A stretch of DNA of 32,000 nucleotides, taken from a virus. Below, one piece after another: positions 17,041 to 25,974 of the stretch. The notes beneath the pieces were generated by a model. It was not told where the DNA came from. It did not search any database and saw only the letters and a program-made list of their open reading frames with translations. Positions within the stretch are counted from its first letter, which is position 1, and the number at the start of each line of letters is the position of its first letter. Location of the stretch: IMG/VR virus record IMGVR_UViG_3300045988_183628, positions 13,454-45,453 of that record, one strand, 5' to 3'. The translations under genes and the position numbers were made by a program.

Positions 17041-17376
17041 ATGAAAGCAACCGTTTATCTGTCCCGAAAACTCTTGAACCAGTTAAAGGTAAAAGAAACC
17101 GAAAGCAAAGACCTTATGCTAACCCATAACCTACACAACATCATCATCAACGGTAAGCGTGTTGGCTGCTCAGGCCACATTCAGAACGTTCTCAACAATA
17201 AGTGCGTTTACGTCAGCACCGAAAAGAGTTGCTATCAGCCCTTGTCTGACAAGAACCTGGTTCGCTATGCCGCCAGTATAAAAGATTACTCCTCTGTATC
17301 GCTCGGTGCAAAAGGACGTAATCAGTTCGTGACCAATGATGAGTTGGTTGGAAAAATCATTGATATGCTCCGATAA
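17041..17376 (+). CDS. Hypothetical protein
   Basis: ORF with RBS aggagg. Confidence 0.75.
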   Translation: MKATVYLSRKLLNQLKVKETESKDLMLTHNLHNIIINGKRVGCSGHIQNVLNNKCVYVSTEKSCYQPLSDKNLVRYAASIKDYSSVSLGAKGRNQFVTNDELVGKIIDMLR

Positions 17377-17403
17377 GGGCATAAACAGAAAGAGAAAAAG
17401 CTC

Positions 17404-17574
17404 ATGAAAACCGGCATCAAGAATCAGATAGTAATAGTATCTGCTGTGGCAGCTGTTCTGCTCATTGTTATGAGCGTCTGTGCAATTGCGGAGAGCATTA
17501 CCTTTGAGAAGGTTGCTGTTCTCGCTGCAAGCGTACTTGCCTTGAACAAATGCTGCGGCATCCTGTTAAACTAA
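17404..17574 (+). CDS. Small membrane protein (56 aa)
   Basis: MKTGIKNQIVIVSAVAAVLLIVMSVCAIAESITFEKVAVLAASVLALNKCCGILLN; below ORF-track limit. Confidence 0.65.
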   Translation: MKTGIKNQIVIVSAVAAVLLIVMSVCAIAESITFEKVAVLAASVLALNKCCGILLN

Positions 17575-17586
17575 GGAGAAAAAATC

Positions 17587-18168
17587 ATGAAGAATAAATA
17601 CAAAGTTGTTGCCTTGGTTCCTTTGGAGTTCTCTGTTGAGGGAAACTCCGATTCCAAAGAGGCAATCGAATCCGTCAAAAACATTTTCGAAGCGTGTCGG
17701 GATGATAACGACTGCGCGGACATCGTTTTTGATGGCATCGAAGAGTCACTTCGTCACGACAGTATCGAGTACAAAGTTGAAGCCGCCCAGCCTGAAACTG
17801 AGGTGAAGGCAAATTCCGATATCCGTTCTGTTGCCTCCGATATCTGCGACGTCTTCGAAAACTATCTCGACGAAAACGGTGTCTATATTGTGTGTGACGA
17901 TGCAGACGAGGAGCAAGACCGAAAAGCAAACGAAAGCGGCGCGATGTTGTATGGCATGGAATATTGGCATCTTGTCGAAGATGTCGAGTTCCGTGTGAAT
18001 CATATAAATGCACAATACAAGCTGTTCACCGTCTTTGATATTATGGAGGCATTTGATAAACTTCTCATTTCCAAAAAGCTTGGTGACTTTGTACCGAGCG
18101 GCGAAAATCGTTACCGTTTGTATGCAAAAATCCTGAGCTGTCTGCGTTCTATCAGGGAGAAATTGTAA
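17587..18168 (+). CDS. Hypothetical protein
   Basis: ORF with RBS aaggag. Confidence 0.8.
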   Translation: MKNKYKVVALVPLEFSVEGNSDSKEAIESVKNIFEACRDDNDCADIVFDGIEESLRHDSIEYKVEAAQPETEVKANSDIRSVASDICDVFENYLDENGVYIVCDDADEEQDRKANESGAMLYGMEYWHLVEDVEFRVNHINAQYKLFTVFDIMEAFDKLLISKKLGDFVPSGENRYRLYAKILSCLRSIREKL

Positions 18169-18695
18169 TGAAAGGCTGGAATAGTTCTAAGCACCCCATT
18201 CTCACCGCAAACCAGATGCATGCGCCGATTCATTGGAACCCAATGAACGAGGATTGGAAAATGCGGCTTACCAAAAGCCAGATTTACAACACCTCTTCTG
18301 GTTTCGACACTCAAACGCTCGATGCTATGAAGAAGCTGCATGACAAAATCCTCACATTTGGCGGGGATGAAGTCTGCATGACGGAATTTGACGAAGACGC
18401 CCCAAAAATCCTCAAACGCGGCCGGTTCTTTTATGGCAGCAGCTATATGAGGAAAGGCCAGGATTGCCAGTGCCATTACAATTCTGCACGGCTTTGGTAT
18501 AAAAACAAAGACCGGTGCTTTATTGCAACGGGCTATGCTCTTTCCGAAGACGGGCTCTGGCGCTGTCATTCCTGGGTCGTTCAGCCAATGGCACGCACCG
18601 TTCGCGTGTGGGAAACCACCGTCAAGCGTGTTGCCTATTTCGGCGTGGTTTTGACCAGCGAGGAATGCGAAGACTTTGTCGAGAACAACACATAA
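18168..18695 (+). CDS. Hypothetical protein
   Basis: ORF overlapping the previous stop. Confidence 0.75.
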   Translation: MKGWNSSKHPILTANQMHAPIHWNPMNEDWKMRLTKSQIYNTSSGFDTQTLDAMKKLHDKILTFGGDEVCMTEFDEDAPKILKRGRFFYGSSYMRKGQDCQCHYNSARLWYKNKDRCFIATGYALSEDGLWRCHSWVVQPMARTVRVWETTVKRVAYFGVVLTSEECEDFVENNT

Positions 18696-18716
18696 CAATT
18701 GGGGAGGTTACCCAAC

Positions 18717-19718
18717 ATGGGTGAACAACTACATTTCAGTATGGATGGTGAGTTCCTCACCGCCATTGCACGTGACTGGTTCTGGAATATGGACAAGCCG
18801 TATAAAAAGTGTGAGGAGCTGCTGCTCTCCTGCATGATGGGTGGCAACGAGGAAGAAAAAAGGCATGTTTGCCAGGACATTATCGAAGGCCGGAAAAGAC
18901 TTGTTGGTGTCAATGAGTTTGAACTTGTCGATGACAATGTTCATGTTCGTTCCCTCGGGCAGAAGGTTGAGGAGCTTCAACACAGGATGCTGGTCAATCA
19001 AATTCGTGAGGATATGATTGCACATCCGCTCAATTATGTTGACCGCTTTGCTATGACTGATAGCTATGAAACGCTCTGCACCAATGCAAAACATCATTAT
19101 ATCGATTGCAGCTATGACGGTATCAAGTGCTTCCTCTATGGGAAAACGGGTTATTCTGATGCATTCAACAACGGTGCATGGCTTTTTACCCACCCAGACC
19201 TTGTTGCAGAATTCAATGGAGAACCGCTTCCTGAGCAGGAATCCAACCCGGAATTCTACAAAACCGATTTTTGGACCAAGCTTGCCTCTTGGATTGAAGC
19301 AAACATGAAAGGCACATCCGTTGAACGCCGTCAGCGACTGTACAACAGCTATATCAGTGATAGACCCATTCAGCATCAGCTGACCGAATATGGTCTGATT
19401 GCTCCCGATGGCACCTGGTATGCCTGCGAGTTTGGCGAGCACGCTGCCCTGGCTGGCCGCATCATCATGCGCAATCGAGAAGCGTTTGGTCTTTCTGACC
19501 ATGAAGTTCTCAATATGGCGTATGACTGGAGCGGCAAGGGTCTCGATTTCCTATATAAACGCGGTTGGATTGCCATTCGTAATCCTTCGATGGGCAATAC
19601 ATTCCTCGATATGGATGAGACCAAAACCGCAACAAAAGCTCAAGTAAATACCATTTTTGACTATATTTCTAAATTCAACCGCTATGACATGAATGTTTCC
19701 AAGGTCATGGCTGACTAA
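18717..19718 (+). CDS. Hypothetical protein (333 aa)
   Basis: RBS ggggaggt; refined start of the 18699 ORF. Confidence 0.8.
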   Translation: MGEQLHFSMDGEFLTAIARDWFWNMDKPYKKCEELLLSCMMGGNEEEKRHVCQDIIEGRKRLVGVNEFELVDDNVHVRSLGQKVEELQHRMLVNQIREDMIAHPLNYVDRFAMTDSYETLCTNAKHHYIDCSYDGIKCFLYGKTGYSDAFNNGAWLFTHPDLVAEFNGEPLPEQESNPEFYKTDFWTKLASWIEANMKGTSVERRQRLYNSYISDRPIQHQLTEYGLIAPDGTWYACEFGEHAALAGRIIMRNREAFGLSDHEVLNMAYDWSGKGLDFLYKRGWIAIRNPSMGNTFLDMDETKTATKAQVNTIFDYISKFNRYDMNVSKVMAD

Positions 19719-19735
19719 AAAAGGAGATTTTTATT

Positions 19736-20311
19736 ATGACTTCCAATATGACTATGACCGCTATTTCCATCTGTGATTTCCTGAAACTCATCGTGAAAAG
19801 CACGGTGAAGCATTACACCGAGGATTTCAAGCTGGACATAAAGATTTTTAAGCGCTATGCAAAAGAAGCGCAGGAAACTGGAAAGCCCGTATCGATGCTC
19901 TGGTTCTGCCGCTCTTGTGGAACGTATCTCTGCCCTGAGGAAGATGCGTACAAGAAAGATACTCCCATGTTCATCACGTTCAAATACTATGATGAGCAGG
20001 AAGAGGAAGAAGCCCGGACCATTAAGGCTTTTCTGGTCACTGTGACAGGGATGGAAAGACAAAAGCCAGTTGGCTATATCACTCCCATCAACTATGCGGA
20101 TGAATGTGACCGCATTCGCCGTTACGCAGTACCTGCCGAAAAGGTCGAGCTTGTCTATGATAAAGGTTCCCTTGTCCAGAACAATGGCAACTATACGATT
20201 CTGAAGCATCCCAAGCTTGGTACACTTCAGAAAACGAAATTCTTGGCCGATGACCCTGACGCGCTTGATTATGCGCTGCATATGGCTCGCAATGAGAGAA
20301 AGGCAGGGTGA
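19736..20311 (+). CDS. Hypothetical protein
   Basis: ORF with RBS aaaggag. Confidence 0.75.
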   Translation: MTSNMTMTAISICDFLKLIVKSTVKHYTEDFKLDIKIFKRYAKEAQETGKPVSMLWFCRSCGTYLCPEEDAYKKDTPMFITFKYYDEQEEEEARTIKAFLVTVTGMERQKPVGYITPINYADECDRIRRYAVPAEKVELVYDKGSLVQNNGNYTILKHPKLGTLQKTKFLADDPDALDYALHMARNERKAG

Positions 20312-20316
20312 CAGCC

Positions 20317-20592
20317 ATGAAAACGATGGTTACATTGACTCACGAAGAAGCCCAAAGCTATTTGGCGTACGCTCTGATTTGCGAAACGATAGAAGGAGCC
20401 TTTTGGAATTCCGGACGCCGTCGCAGACTATACAGCAAGACGTTTACCGAAGCCGAACAGAGGCAGATTCCCCGCATCAAAGCCACTGCTCACAAATGGT
20501 GTTTGGTTACTGGTGTTCCTGAAAAGGTACGCATGAGGTACAGCACCTATTTGCTGTGGCAGAAACTCGCGATGTTCTGCGCTGAAATTTAA
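20317..20592 (+). CDS. Hypothetical protein
   Basis: Small co-directional ORF; could start at GTG 20308. Confidence 0.65.
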   Translation: MKTMVTLTHEEAQSYLAYALICETIEGAFWNSGRRRRLYSKTFTEAEQRQIPRIKATAHKWCLVTGVPEKVRMRYSTYLLWQKLAMFCAEI

Positions 20593-20631
20593 TTTTTCAT
20601 TACCGCTGCCCATTTGGGTGGCGGTTTTTTG

Positions 20632-20659
20632 TTGCGGATTTATGCGAACGGCCTATAAT
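20632..20659 (+). promoter_or_regulatory. TGCGA-class promoter
   Basis: TTGCGG-ATTTA-TGCGA-ACGGCC-TATAAT. Confidence 0.75.
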
Positions 20660-20666
20660 CAAAAAT

Positions 20667-20762
20667 GTACGATAGATAACAGTTATCGAAAAGGCACCCT
20701 GCCCTTCGCACACTTAACAATGCGCTTTAGGCGAACTTCCCATTTGGGTGGTTCGCCTTTTT
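20667..20762 (+). promoter_or_regulatory. Structured 5' leader with terminator-like hairpin
   Basis: GTACGATAGATAAC... then GGCGAACTTCCCATTTGGGTGGTTCGCC + T run. Confidence 0.6.
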
Positions 20763-20789
20763 GCGTATAAAAGAAAGGAAATAATCAAA

Positions 20790-21029
20790 ATGAATGAGTA
20801 CGAAGCAACAATACAAATCAACCCAACCGACGATATCAAGTTCATACTTGAGGAGCCCGGCTGCTATGAGTCTGAAATTGAAATGATGAAGGCCGGTGGC
20901 ACCTATGATGCGTTTGTCAAGCGTGTCTATGATGCCATCGACTGGTCTCATCTGTTTGAGCGTATTGCTCAGATGGAAAACGAAACCATCACGGCAGCTA
21001 TCGACAAATTGTCTGATAGCATGATTTGA
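20790..21029 (+). CDS. Hypothetical protein (79 aa)
   Basis: RBS aagaaagga; refined start. Confidence 0.75.
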   Translation: MNEYEATIQINPTDDIKFILEEPGCYESEIEMMKAGGTYDAFVKRVYDAIDWSHLFERIAQMENETITAAIDKLSDSMI

Positions 21030-21048
21030 TTGTTAGGAGGTAAATACT

Positions 21049-21621
21049 ATGTACATTCTCATTAAAAACCAGGAAGGCGAAAGCATGAACTTGCTTTCCC
21101 AGAATACCGATTTCAACGCCCTGCTGGCAGCCATGAAAGCTGACATTGAGGCAGAGTACGAAAAGGCAACAGGCTCTGCGATTAACCTGGATGAAGATTC
21201 CGGCAGCGATTATGAAGTCGGTATCAACGTTGAGGACAGTGCTGCTGAAGGTTTCTGCCTCGCATCCGGGTATATGTACGGCGCAGACAGCAATTTTGAC
21301 TGGGGTATTTTCAAAGTAAAGTCTCAGAAAAGCAATACCGCAGCAAAACCCTACATTGGCCTGGATATGAACAAGTTCTTTCGGCAGAAAATGCTGCTGA
21401 TTGACCTCTCGGCAAAAGTAAAGGACCTCGGCTATGACCATCTGGCCGATGAGCTTTGGGGCGCAATCGGTGTCTTCGACGCTGTACAGGATTCAGCTGA
21501 AGGAGACGGTGTTTTCACTGCTCCGGAAGCGGATGAAGAAACCGGTCTGTTCCTTGACGATTTTTATAACGACGTTCTGGAAAAGATTCTGAACGCCGAC
21601 AAGAAAAAGGAGGAAAAGTGA
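21049..21621 (+). CDS. Hypothetical protein
   Basis: ORF with RBS aggag. Confidence 0.8.
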   Translation: MYILIKNQEGESMNLLSQNTDFNALLAAMKADIEAEYEKATGSAINLDEDSGSDYEVGINVEDSAAEGFCLASGYMYGADSNFDWGIFKVKSQKSNTAAKPYIGLDMNKFFRQKMLLIDLSAKVKDLGYDHLADELWGAIGVFDAVQDSAEGDGVFTAPEADEETGLFLDDFYNDVLEKILNADKKKEEK

Positions 21622-21678
21622 GCCATGAAACTCTACATCCAAGGCGAACACGGTAAGCTCCTGACTTTTACAAAATGA

Positions 21679-21727
21679 AGGCTGGGAAAGCCCACGGTTT
21701 CAACCGTGGGGTGAAAGGCCAACACTA
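21679..21727 (+). repeat. IS200/IS605-end-like hairpin (family 2, copy D)
   Basis: GAAGGCTGGGAAAGCCCACGG-TTTCAA-CCGTGGGGTGAAAGG. Confidence 0.6.
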
Positions 21728-21814
21728 AAGAAACATTCTGAGGGTAACAATCAGAATTGACACATTCATGTTGTAATGATTCATATGTGCTTAACGCATT
21801 TGTATCGCTATAAA

Positions 21815-21862
21815 AGTTAGCCAGAAGCTCTACGACTTTAGTCGTGGGGTGAAAGGTGTCTA
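21815..21862 (+). repeat. IS200/IS605-end-like hairpin (family 2, copy E)
   Basis: GTTAGCCAGAAGCTCTACGAC-TTTA-GTCGTGGGGTGAAAGGTGTC. Confidence 0.6.
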
Positions 21863-21907
21863 AGTAAAAAAATAGTTGCTGTCTATCTTCGGATAGGCAG
21901 CTTTTGT

Positions 21908-21935
21908 TTGCCTGTGCTTGCGAATTGCCTATCAT
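21908..21935 (+). promoter_or_regulatory. TGCGA-class promoter upstream of tnpB fragment/omega-RNA/iscB
   Basis: TTGCCT-GTGCT-TGCGA-ATTGCC-TATCAT. Confidence 0.6.
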
Positions 21936-21971
21936 GAATAGTAGAGCTCAAATGAAAGGAGGACGCTATTT

Positions 21972-22043
21972 ATGCGCATGGTTGTTAAAACTTACAAGTA
22001 CAAGCTGTACAACAGTGCAAAACGCACGAGTATCGTGCTTTGA
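21972..22043 (+). pseudogene. 5' fragment of tnpB (IS200/IS605 OrfB)
   Basis: RBS aaaggagg; MRMVVKTYKYKLYNSAKRTSIVL* matches the typical TnpB N-terminus (KTYKYKLY). Confidence 0.6.
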
Positions 22044-22421
22044 TTATTCCGGCACCTGTTATTCATCTTTATGGTGAGCAGGGCCAGGATGAATCGGATT
22101 AGTTTGCGTCAACAACCCCGCCTTAACCAGTCCGCTGGTTATAGATGGGGCTTGCAGGGCAACCCGTAAGCCCGGTTGATTAGCCTAAGTCTGCTGCTCC
22201 AGCGGCAGGAAACTACGTTGTGTACTAATAATATAGGCACCTTACTCATGCTCCACAAGTGGTAAGCACTGCGGACGGCTCGTTAAACATCTCTAAGGGT
22301 AGGAGAAGTGCGAACGTCATGTCGAAAGGCTAAAACGGTATAACAACATTGGCGATGTGGACCACAGGGCGCAAGCCCTGACTTATCGATTTACAACTAT
22401 TATACGAAAGGAGTACCTTGC
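22044..22421 (+). ncRNA. HEARO/omega-RNA-like region upstream of iscB (boundaries approximate)
   Basis: ~380 nt non-coding, hairpins CTGCTGCTCCAGCGGCAG and CAGGGC-GCAA-GCCCTG, immediately 5' of iscB as in known IscB loci. Confidence 0.75.
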
Positions 22422-23819
22422 ATGAGCACTTGCGCTTGTGTTCTCAGTAAGAATGGCGAACGCCTGATGCCGACTATCCGTCTTGGCAAGGTGCGCCATC
22501 TTCTGAAAGACGGAAAAGCAAAAATCATTAAGCATCATCCATTTACTATTCAGTTACTGTATGACAGCGAAACGAATATTCAACCCATTGAAATCTGTGA
22601 GGACGTCGGTTACAACTACATCGGCATCAGTGTGAAAAGCCAATCTCACGAGTATGTATCTGCACAGTATGATACATTGCAAGACGAGAAAAGCTGTCAC
22701 GATGCTTGCCGTAGAATGCGCCGAACTCGCAGAAACAGGCTACGTTACCGCCAAAAGCGCTTTGACAACCGCAAACGTGACAAAGGCTGGCTTGCACCCT
22801 CTCTTAAACATAAGAAAGAACTCAACGTCAATGTCATTAAAATGTATTGCGAAGTTGTGCCTATTACGCATGCAACCGTTGAAGTTGGTTCTTTCGACAC
22901 AATGCTTGTAAAAGCAATCGAGGAAGGTAAAGCTACACCAGAAGGCGCAGATTATCAAAAAGGCCCTCGCTACAATTTAGCAACCTTGCGGGAAGCAGTA
23001 TTCTACCGTGATAACTACACCTGCCAAGTTTGTGGGCGCGAAGCCAGTGAAGGTGCAATTTTGCACGTGCATCACATGTTTTATTGGAAAGGTCGCCATG
23101 ACAATAGTCTCAGCGAGCTTATAACAGTATGCGAGAAGTGCCATACACCAGCTAACCATCAAAAAGGCGGCAAGCTCTATGGATTCGGTGAAGATATAAA
23201 GTTTGCCAACCTTTCTGGTGCAGCATTTATGAACACTGTACGCTGGCAAATCGTTAATGAACTTCACGCTGCTTTTGGAAAGCCGTTCGTCACATTCACT
23301 TATGGTGCGATGACCAAGGAAAAGCGAATTGCCCTTCATCTTGAAAAGAGTCATAACAACGATGCGTATGCAATGGGCGAGTTTCATCCAAACTGCCGCT
23401 GTACGTTTGAACATTATGAAAAGGTAAGGCGTAATAATCGCATCCTTGAAAAGTTTTATGATTCTCGCTACATTGACATTCGTACAGGAGAAATAGCTAC
23501 TGGAAAAGAGCTCTTCAACGGTAGAATCAACCGCAGCCATAAAAAGGATTCTGAAAATTTGCACAAATACCGTGGAAAAAGGATTCGTAAAGGCTATCGT
23601 GCGCTACGTCGCAAGAAAGTGGCCCTCAATCCCGGTGATTTGGTTTCTCTCAACGGGGAAATTCTTACTGTCCATGGCACTCATACCAAAAAGAATGGTT
23701 CTGTAAACGTAGAATTCAAAACGCCATCAAAAAGCGGTAAAAAATCCACAAGCCTTAAAAAGCTGAAAATTATTAAAACGATAAGCCCCATGCGCTCTGC
23801 GTGGGATAAAGTATCTTAA
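22422..23819 (+). CDS. iscB: IscB-family RNA-guided nuclease
   Basis: PLMP domain (VLSKNGERLMPTIRLGKVRHLLKDGKAKI), RuvC-I (DVGYNYIGISV), Arg-rich bridge helix, RuvC-II (ATVEVGSFD), HNH (CQVCG...HVHH...CEKCH), RuvC-III (KSHNNDAYA); RBS aaaggag. Confidence 0.93.
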   Translation: MSTCACVLSKNGERLMPTIRLGKVRHLLKDGKAKIIKHHPFTIQLLYDSETNIQPIEICEDVGYNYIGISVKSQSHEYVSAQYDTLQDEKSCHDACRRMRRTRRNRLRYRQKRFDNRKRDKGWLAPSLKHKKELNVNVIKMYCEVVPITHATVEVGSFDTMLVKAIEEGKATPEGADYQKGPRYNLATLREAVFYRDNYTCQVCGREASEGAILHVHHMFYWKGRHDNSLSELITVCEKCHTPANHQKGGKLYGFGEDIKFANLSGAAFMNTVRWQIVNELHAAFGKPFVTFTYGAMTKEKRIALHLEKSHNNDAYAMGEFHPNCRCTFEHYEKVRRNNRILEKFYDSRYIDIRTGEIATGKELFNGRINRSHKKDSENLHKYRGKRIRKGYRALRRKKVALNPGDLVSLNGEILTVHGTHTKKNGSVNVEFKTPSKSGKKSTSLKKLKIIKTISPMRSAWDKVS

Positions 23820-23897
23820 AAACTCAAGAAAGGAGACATAGGGTATTTGCATTTACTGAGTGTACCTCAAATATACTCTTAGTCAGCGCATTCCTCG

Positions 23898-23926
23898 CCG
23901 CCTAAGTCGCAAGCGACTATAGACGG
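23898..23926 (-). repeat. Transposon-end-like hairpin (family 1, copy C, inverted)
   Basis: CCGCCTAAGTCGC-AA-GCGACTATAGACGG, downstream of iscB. Confidence 0.65.
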
Positions 23927-24137
23927 TGTACCCTGCGCACAAAATTTATGGATTTTGGCAATGCGTTTGCGACCACAGACGCTTTTGTGAATCCGCGCAA
24001 GGAAACTTCTTTCGTGCAGTGTTCCACTGAGAATCAACTTTCTGATTTCAGGAAGGCTGATTCCCATGTATAATATCTGACTCGTATCTTTGCGGTCGTT
24101 CCTTTTGGAGCGGCCGCTTTTTTTGTTTTCAGTTTCC

Positions 24138-24165
24138 TTGCGCAAATGTGCGAGTCTCATAAAAT
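24138..24165 (+). promoter_or_regulatory. TGCGA-class promoter
   Basis: TTGCGC-AAATG-TGCGA-GTCTCA-TAAAAT. Confidence 0.75.
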
Positions 24166-24186
24166 GAAAATTAGGGAGGTGCTGTT

Positions 24187-24483
24187 TTGAAAATTCAGAG
24201 AATCATGCCTGCAACTACTCATTCCATGAAAGACGCGTTACCGCTTGGGACTATCCTGACGGTGAAAAATGTTGCAGACCAGAAATATATTGTGGTCGGC
24301 TATGACACAAGTTCTTTTCCGCACAACTACTATGCGGTTCCCTGGCCGCAAGGGTACATGGGTGAAGAAAATATGTACTTGGTAGGATTTGATGATATTG
24401 CGAAAGTTCTGTGTCGCGGCGGAATCAATGAGGAATCCAAAGTTTTCTTGCAGGCACTGGATGATGTGTTGAACGGGAGGTGA
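24187..24483 (+). CDS. DUF4176-like protein
   Basis: LPLGTILTVKNVADQKYIVVGYD...YYAVPWPQGYMGEENMYLVGFDDIAKVLCRG resembles the DUF4176 pattern. Confidence 0.6.
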   Translation: MKIQRIMPATTHSMKDALPLGTILTVKNVADQKYIVVGYDTSSFPHNYYAVPWPQGYMGEENMYLVGFDDIAKVLCRGGINEESKVFLQALDDVLNGR

Positions 24484-24487
24484 CACG

Positions 24488-24703
24488 GTGACGGTAAAAG
24501 AGCTGAAGCATATGCTTGAGAACGCGGACGACAATGCTATCGTCGTTGTGCGAAATAACTGGGCTCCGGCGGAATTCCTGAATACCTCTGCTCGGAAGAT
24601 GGTGCTTGTGAAAGCAAATGGCAAGCTCATGACGCCGAAATGGGCCGAGGCGAGCGGGTATATCTGCGAAGGCCCTGCTATGTCGGCAATTTTATTCGAT
24701 TGA
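24488..24703 (+). CDS. Hypothetical protein (71 aa)
   Basis: Co-directional small ORF; GTG start. Confidence 0.65.
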   Translation: MTVKELKHMLENADDNAIVVVRNNWAPAEFLNTSARKMVLVKANGKLMTPKWAEASGYICEGPAMSAILFD

Positions 24704-24716
24704 GGTGAAAAAAATC

Positions 24717-25046
24717 ATGCCCGATAAAAAAGTGGCCACGCAGGCATCTGATGGACCCTGGGAACGCGAAACCATCATCACATTCAATGATGCGGAGAAG
24801 AAAGCATCCTACTACACCTGCAACAAAGCTCGTATGGAACAGCTAAAAGAGCTTGCCAAAGAGTACCCTGATGCTGTTAAAATCACGCGGGATGAGGACT
24901 GGTGTATGGAGGCAGATATGCCCAAGAAATGGGTCAAAATCAAGCCGCCTCGCAAGCTGACCGAAGAGCAATATGCGGAACTGGTCAGACGCGGCAAAGA
25001 ACTTGCAGAGCGGCAGCGGCAGCTAAAAAACGAAACGAAGGAATAA
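24717..25046 (+). CDS. Hypothetical protein
   Basis: RBS gaggtg upstream of ATG 24717. Confidence 0.7.
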   Translation: MPDKKVATQASDGPWERETIITFNDAEKKASYYTCNKARMEQLKELAKEYPDAVKITRDEDWCMEADMPKKWVKIKPPRKLTEEQYAELVRRGKELAERQRQLKNETKE

Positions 25047-25080
25047 ACCGGCTTCATATGCCGGAAGAGGAGAATATAAA

Positions 25081-25698
25081 ATGTACAATTCTTACAGCGC
25101 ATTGAATCTTTTGGGCGGTATGCTCTATACGGTGATTCTTCTGGTGGTAGCGTATTTTGTGCTCAAAATCGTCGCCAATTGGAAAATTTTTGAGAAGGCC
25201 GGGCAGCCTGGCTGGGCATCCATCGTCCCGTTCTACAGCAACTACATCGAATTCAACATTTACTGGGGGAACGGCTGGTTGTTTCTGATTCCGGTCTTGC
25301 TGAGCCTTTTGTCTGGCATCCCGCTGCTCGGCAATCTGTTCCTGGTTGTTGCCCTCATCATCGGTGCTATTACCAACTACAAGAAAGCTGTTGCGTTCGG
25401 TGAAGGTATTGGTTTCACGATTGGTCTTTGCCTTCTGAATCCGGTGTTCAACATGATTCTTGCTTTCGGCCATTATGAGTATCACGGTATCCCGCAGGAT
25501 GGCTATTCCTATTCTCAGCTCAAGACCAAATATGAGGAAAAGAAAGCCGAACAGCAGAACAACCCCAGTACTGTTCAGTACCAGGCCCCCGAAACTCCCA
25601 AAGAGCCGAGCCAGAATGTTCAGTATCAGACTCCGAATGCTCCTGCTGAAGTCAAGACCCCGCCGACTCAGCAGAATCAAAATCAGGACAATGGCTGA
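25081..25698 (+). CDS. Multi-TM membrane protein, DUF5684-like
   Basis: ANWKIFEKAGQPGWASIVPFYSNYIEFNIYWGNGW plus hydrophobic helices and a Pro/Gln-rich tail. Confidence 0.7.
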   Translation: MYNSYSALNLLGGMLYTVILLVVAYFVLKIVANWKIFEKAGQPGWASIVPFYSNYIEFNIYWGNGWLFLIPVLLSLLSGIPLLGNLFLVVALIIGAITNYKKAVAFGEGIGFTIGLCLLNPVFNMILAFGHYEYHGIPQDGYSYSQLKTKYEEKKAEQQNNPSTVQYQAPETPKEPSQNVQYQTPNAPAEVKTPPTQQNQNQDNG

Positions 25699-25888
25699 TA
25701 TTATTTGGGTCGTTGTGTTTCTCTGCGTTCTCATCGCGTCCTGCTTTGGAATGTACTATTTCCAGGGTGAGAACAAACAAAAATTTGTGTTTTGCTTTTT
25801 GCTGGTAGCATTATCTTTTGGAGTTCTTGCGTTTCGGCTTCTGGATATTGCGTATACGGTGATTAACGCAGCAATCAAAGCCGCATAA
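25691..25888 (+). CDS. Small two-TM membrane protein (65 aa)
   Basis: MADIIWVVVFLCVLIASCFGMYYF...; overlaps the preceding stop. Confidence 0.65.
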   Translation: MADIIWVVVFLCVLIASCFGMYYFQGENKQKFVFCFLLVALSFGVLAFRLLDIAYTVINAAIKAA

Positions 25889-25919
25889 TGACCTTTTTGC
25901 AATTCTCAAACTGTTTTTT

Positions 25920-25952
25920 GGCAGACCTTCCAACCGAGGGCCTGCCTTTTTT
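25920..25952 (+). terminator. Leader terminator/attenuator-like hairpin
   Basis: GGCAGACCTTCCAACCGAGGGCCTGCC + T run. Confidence 0.65.
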
Positions 25953-25974
25953 ATTGTTGCCAGGAGGAAAATCT

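Noticed and set aside
21679-21862. Considered as a two-repeat CRISPR array
   Set aside because: The two hairpins differ in sequence and spacing and match IS200/IS605 end structures better; no cas genes.
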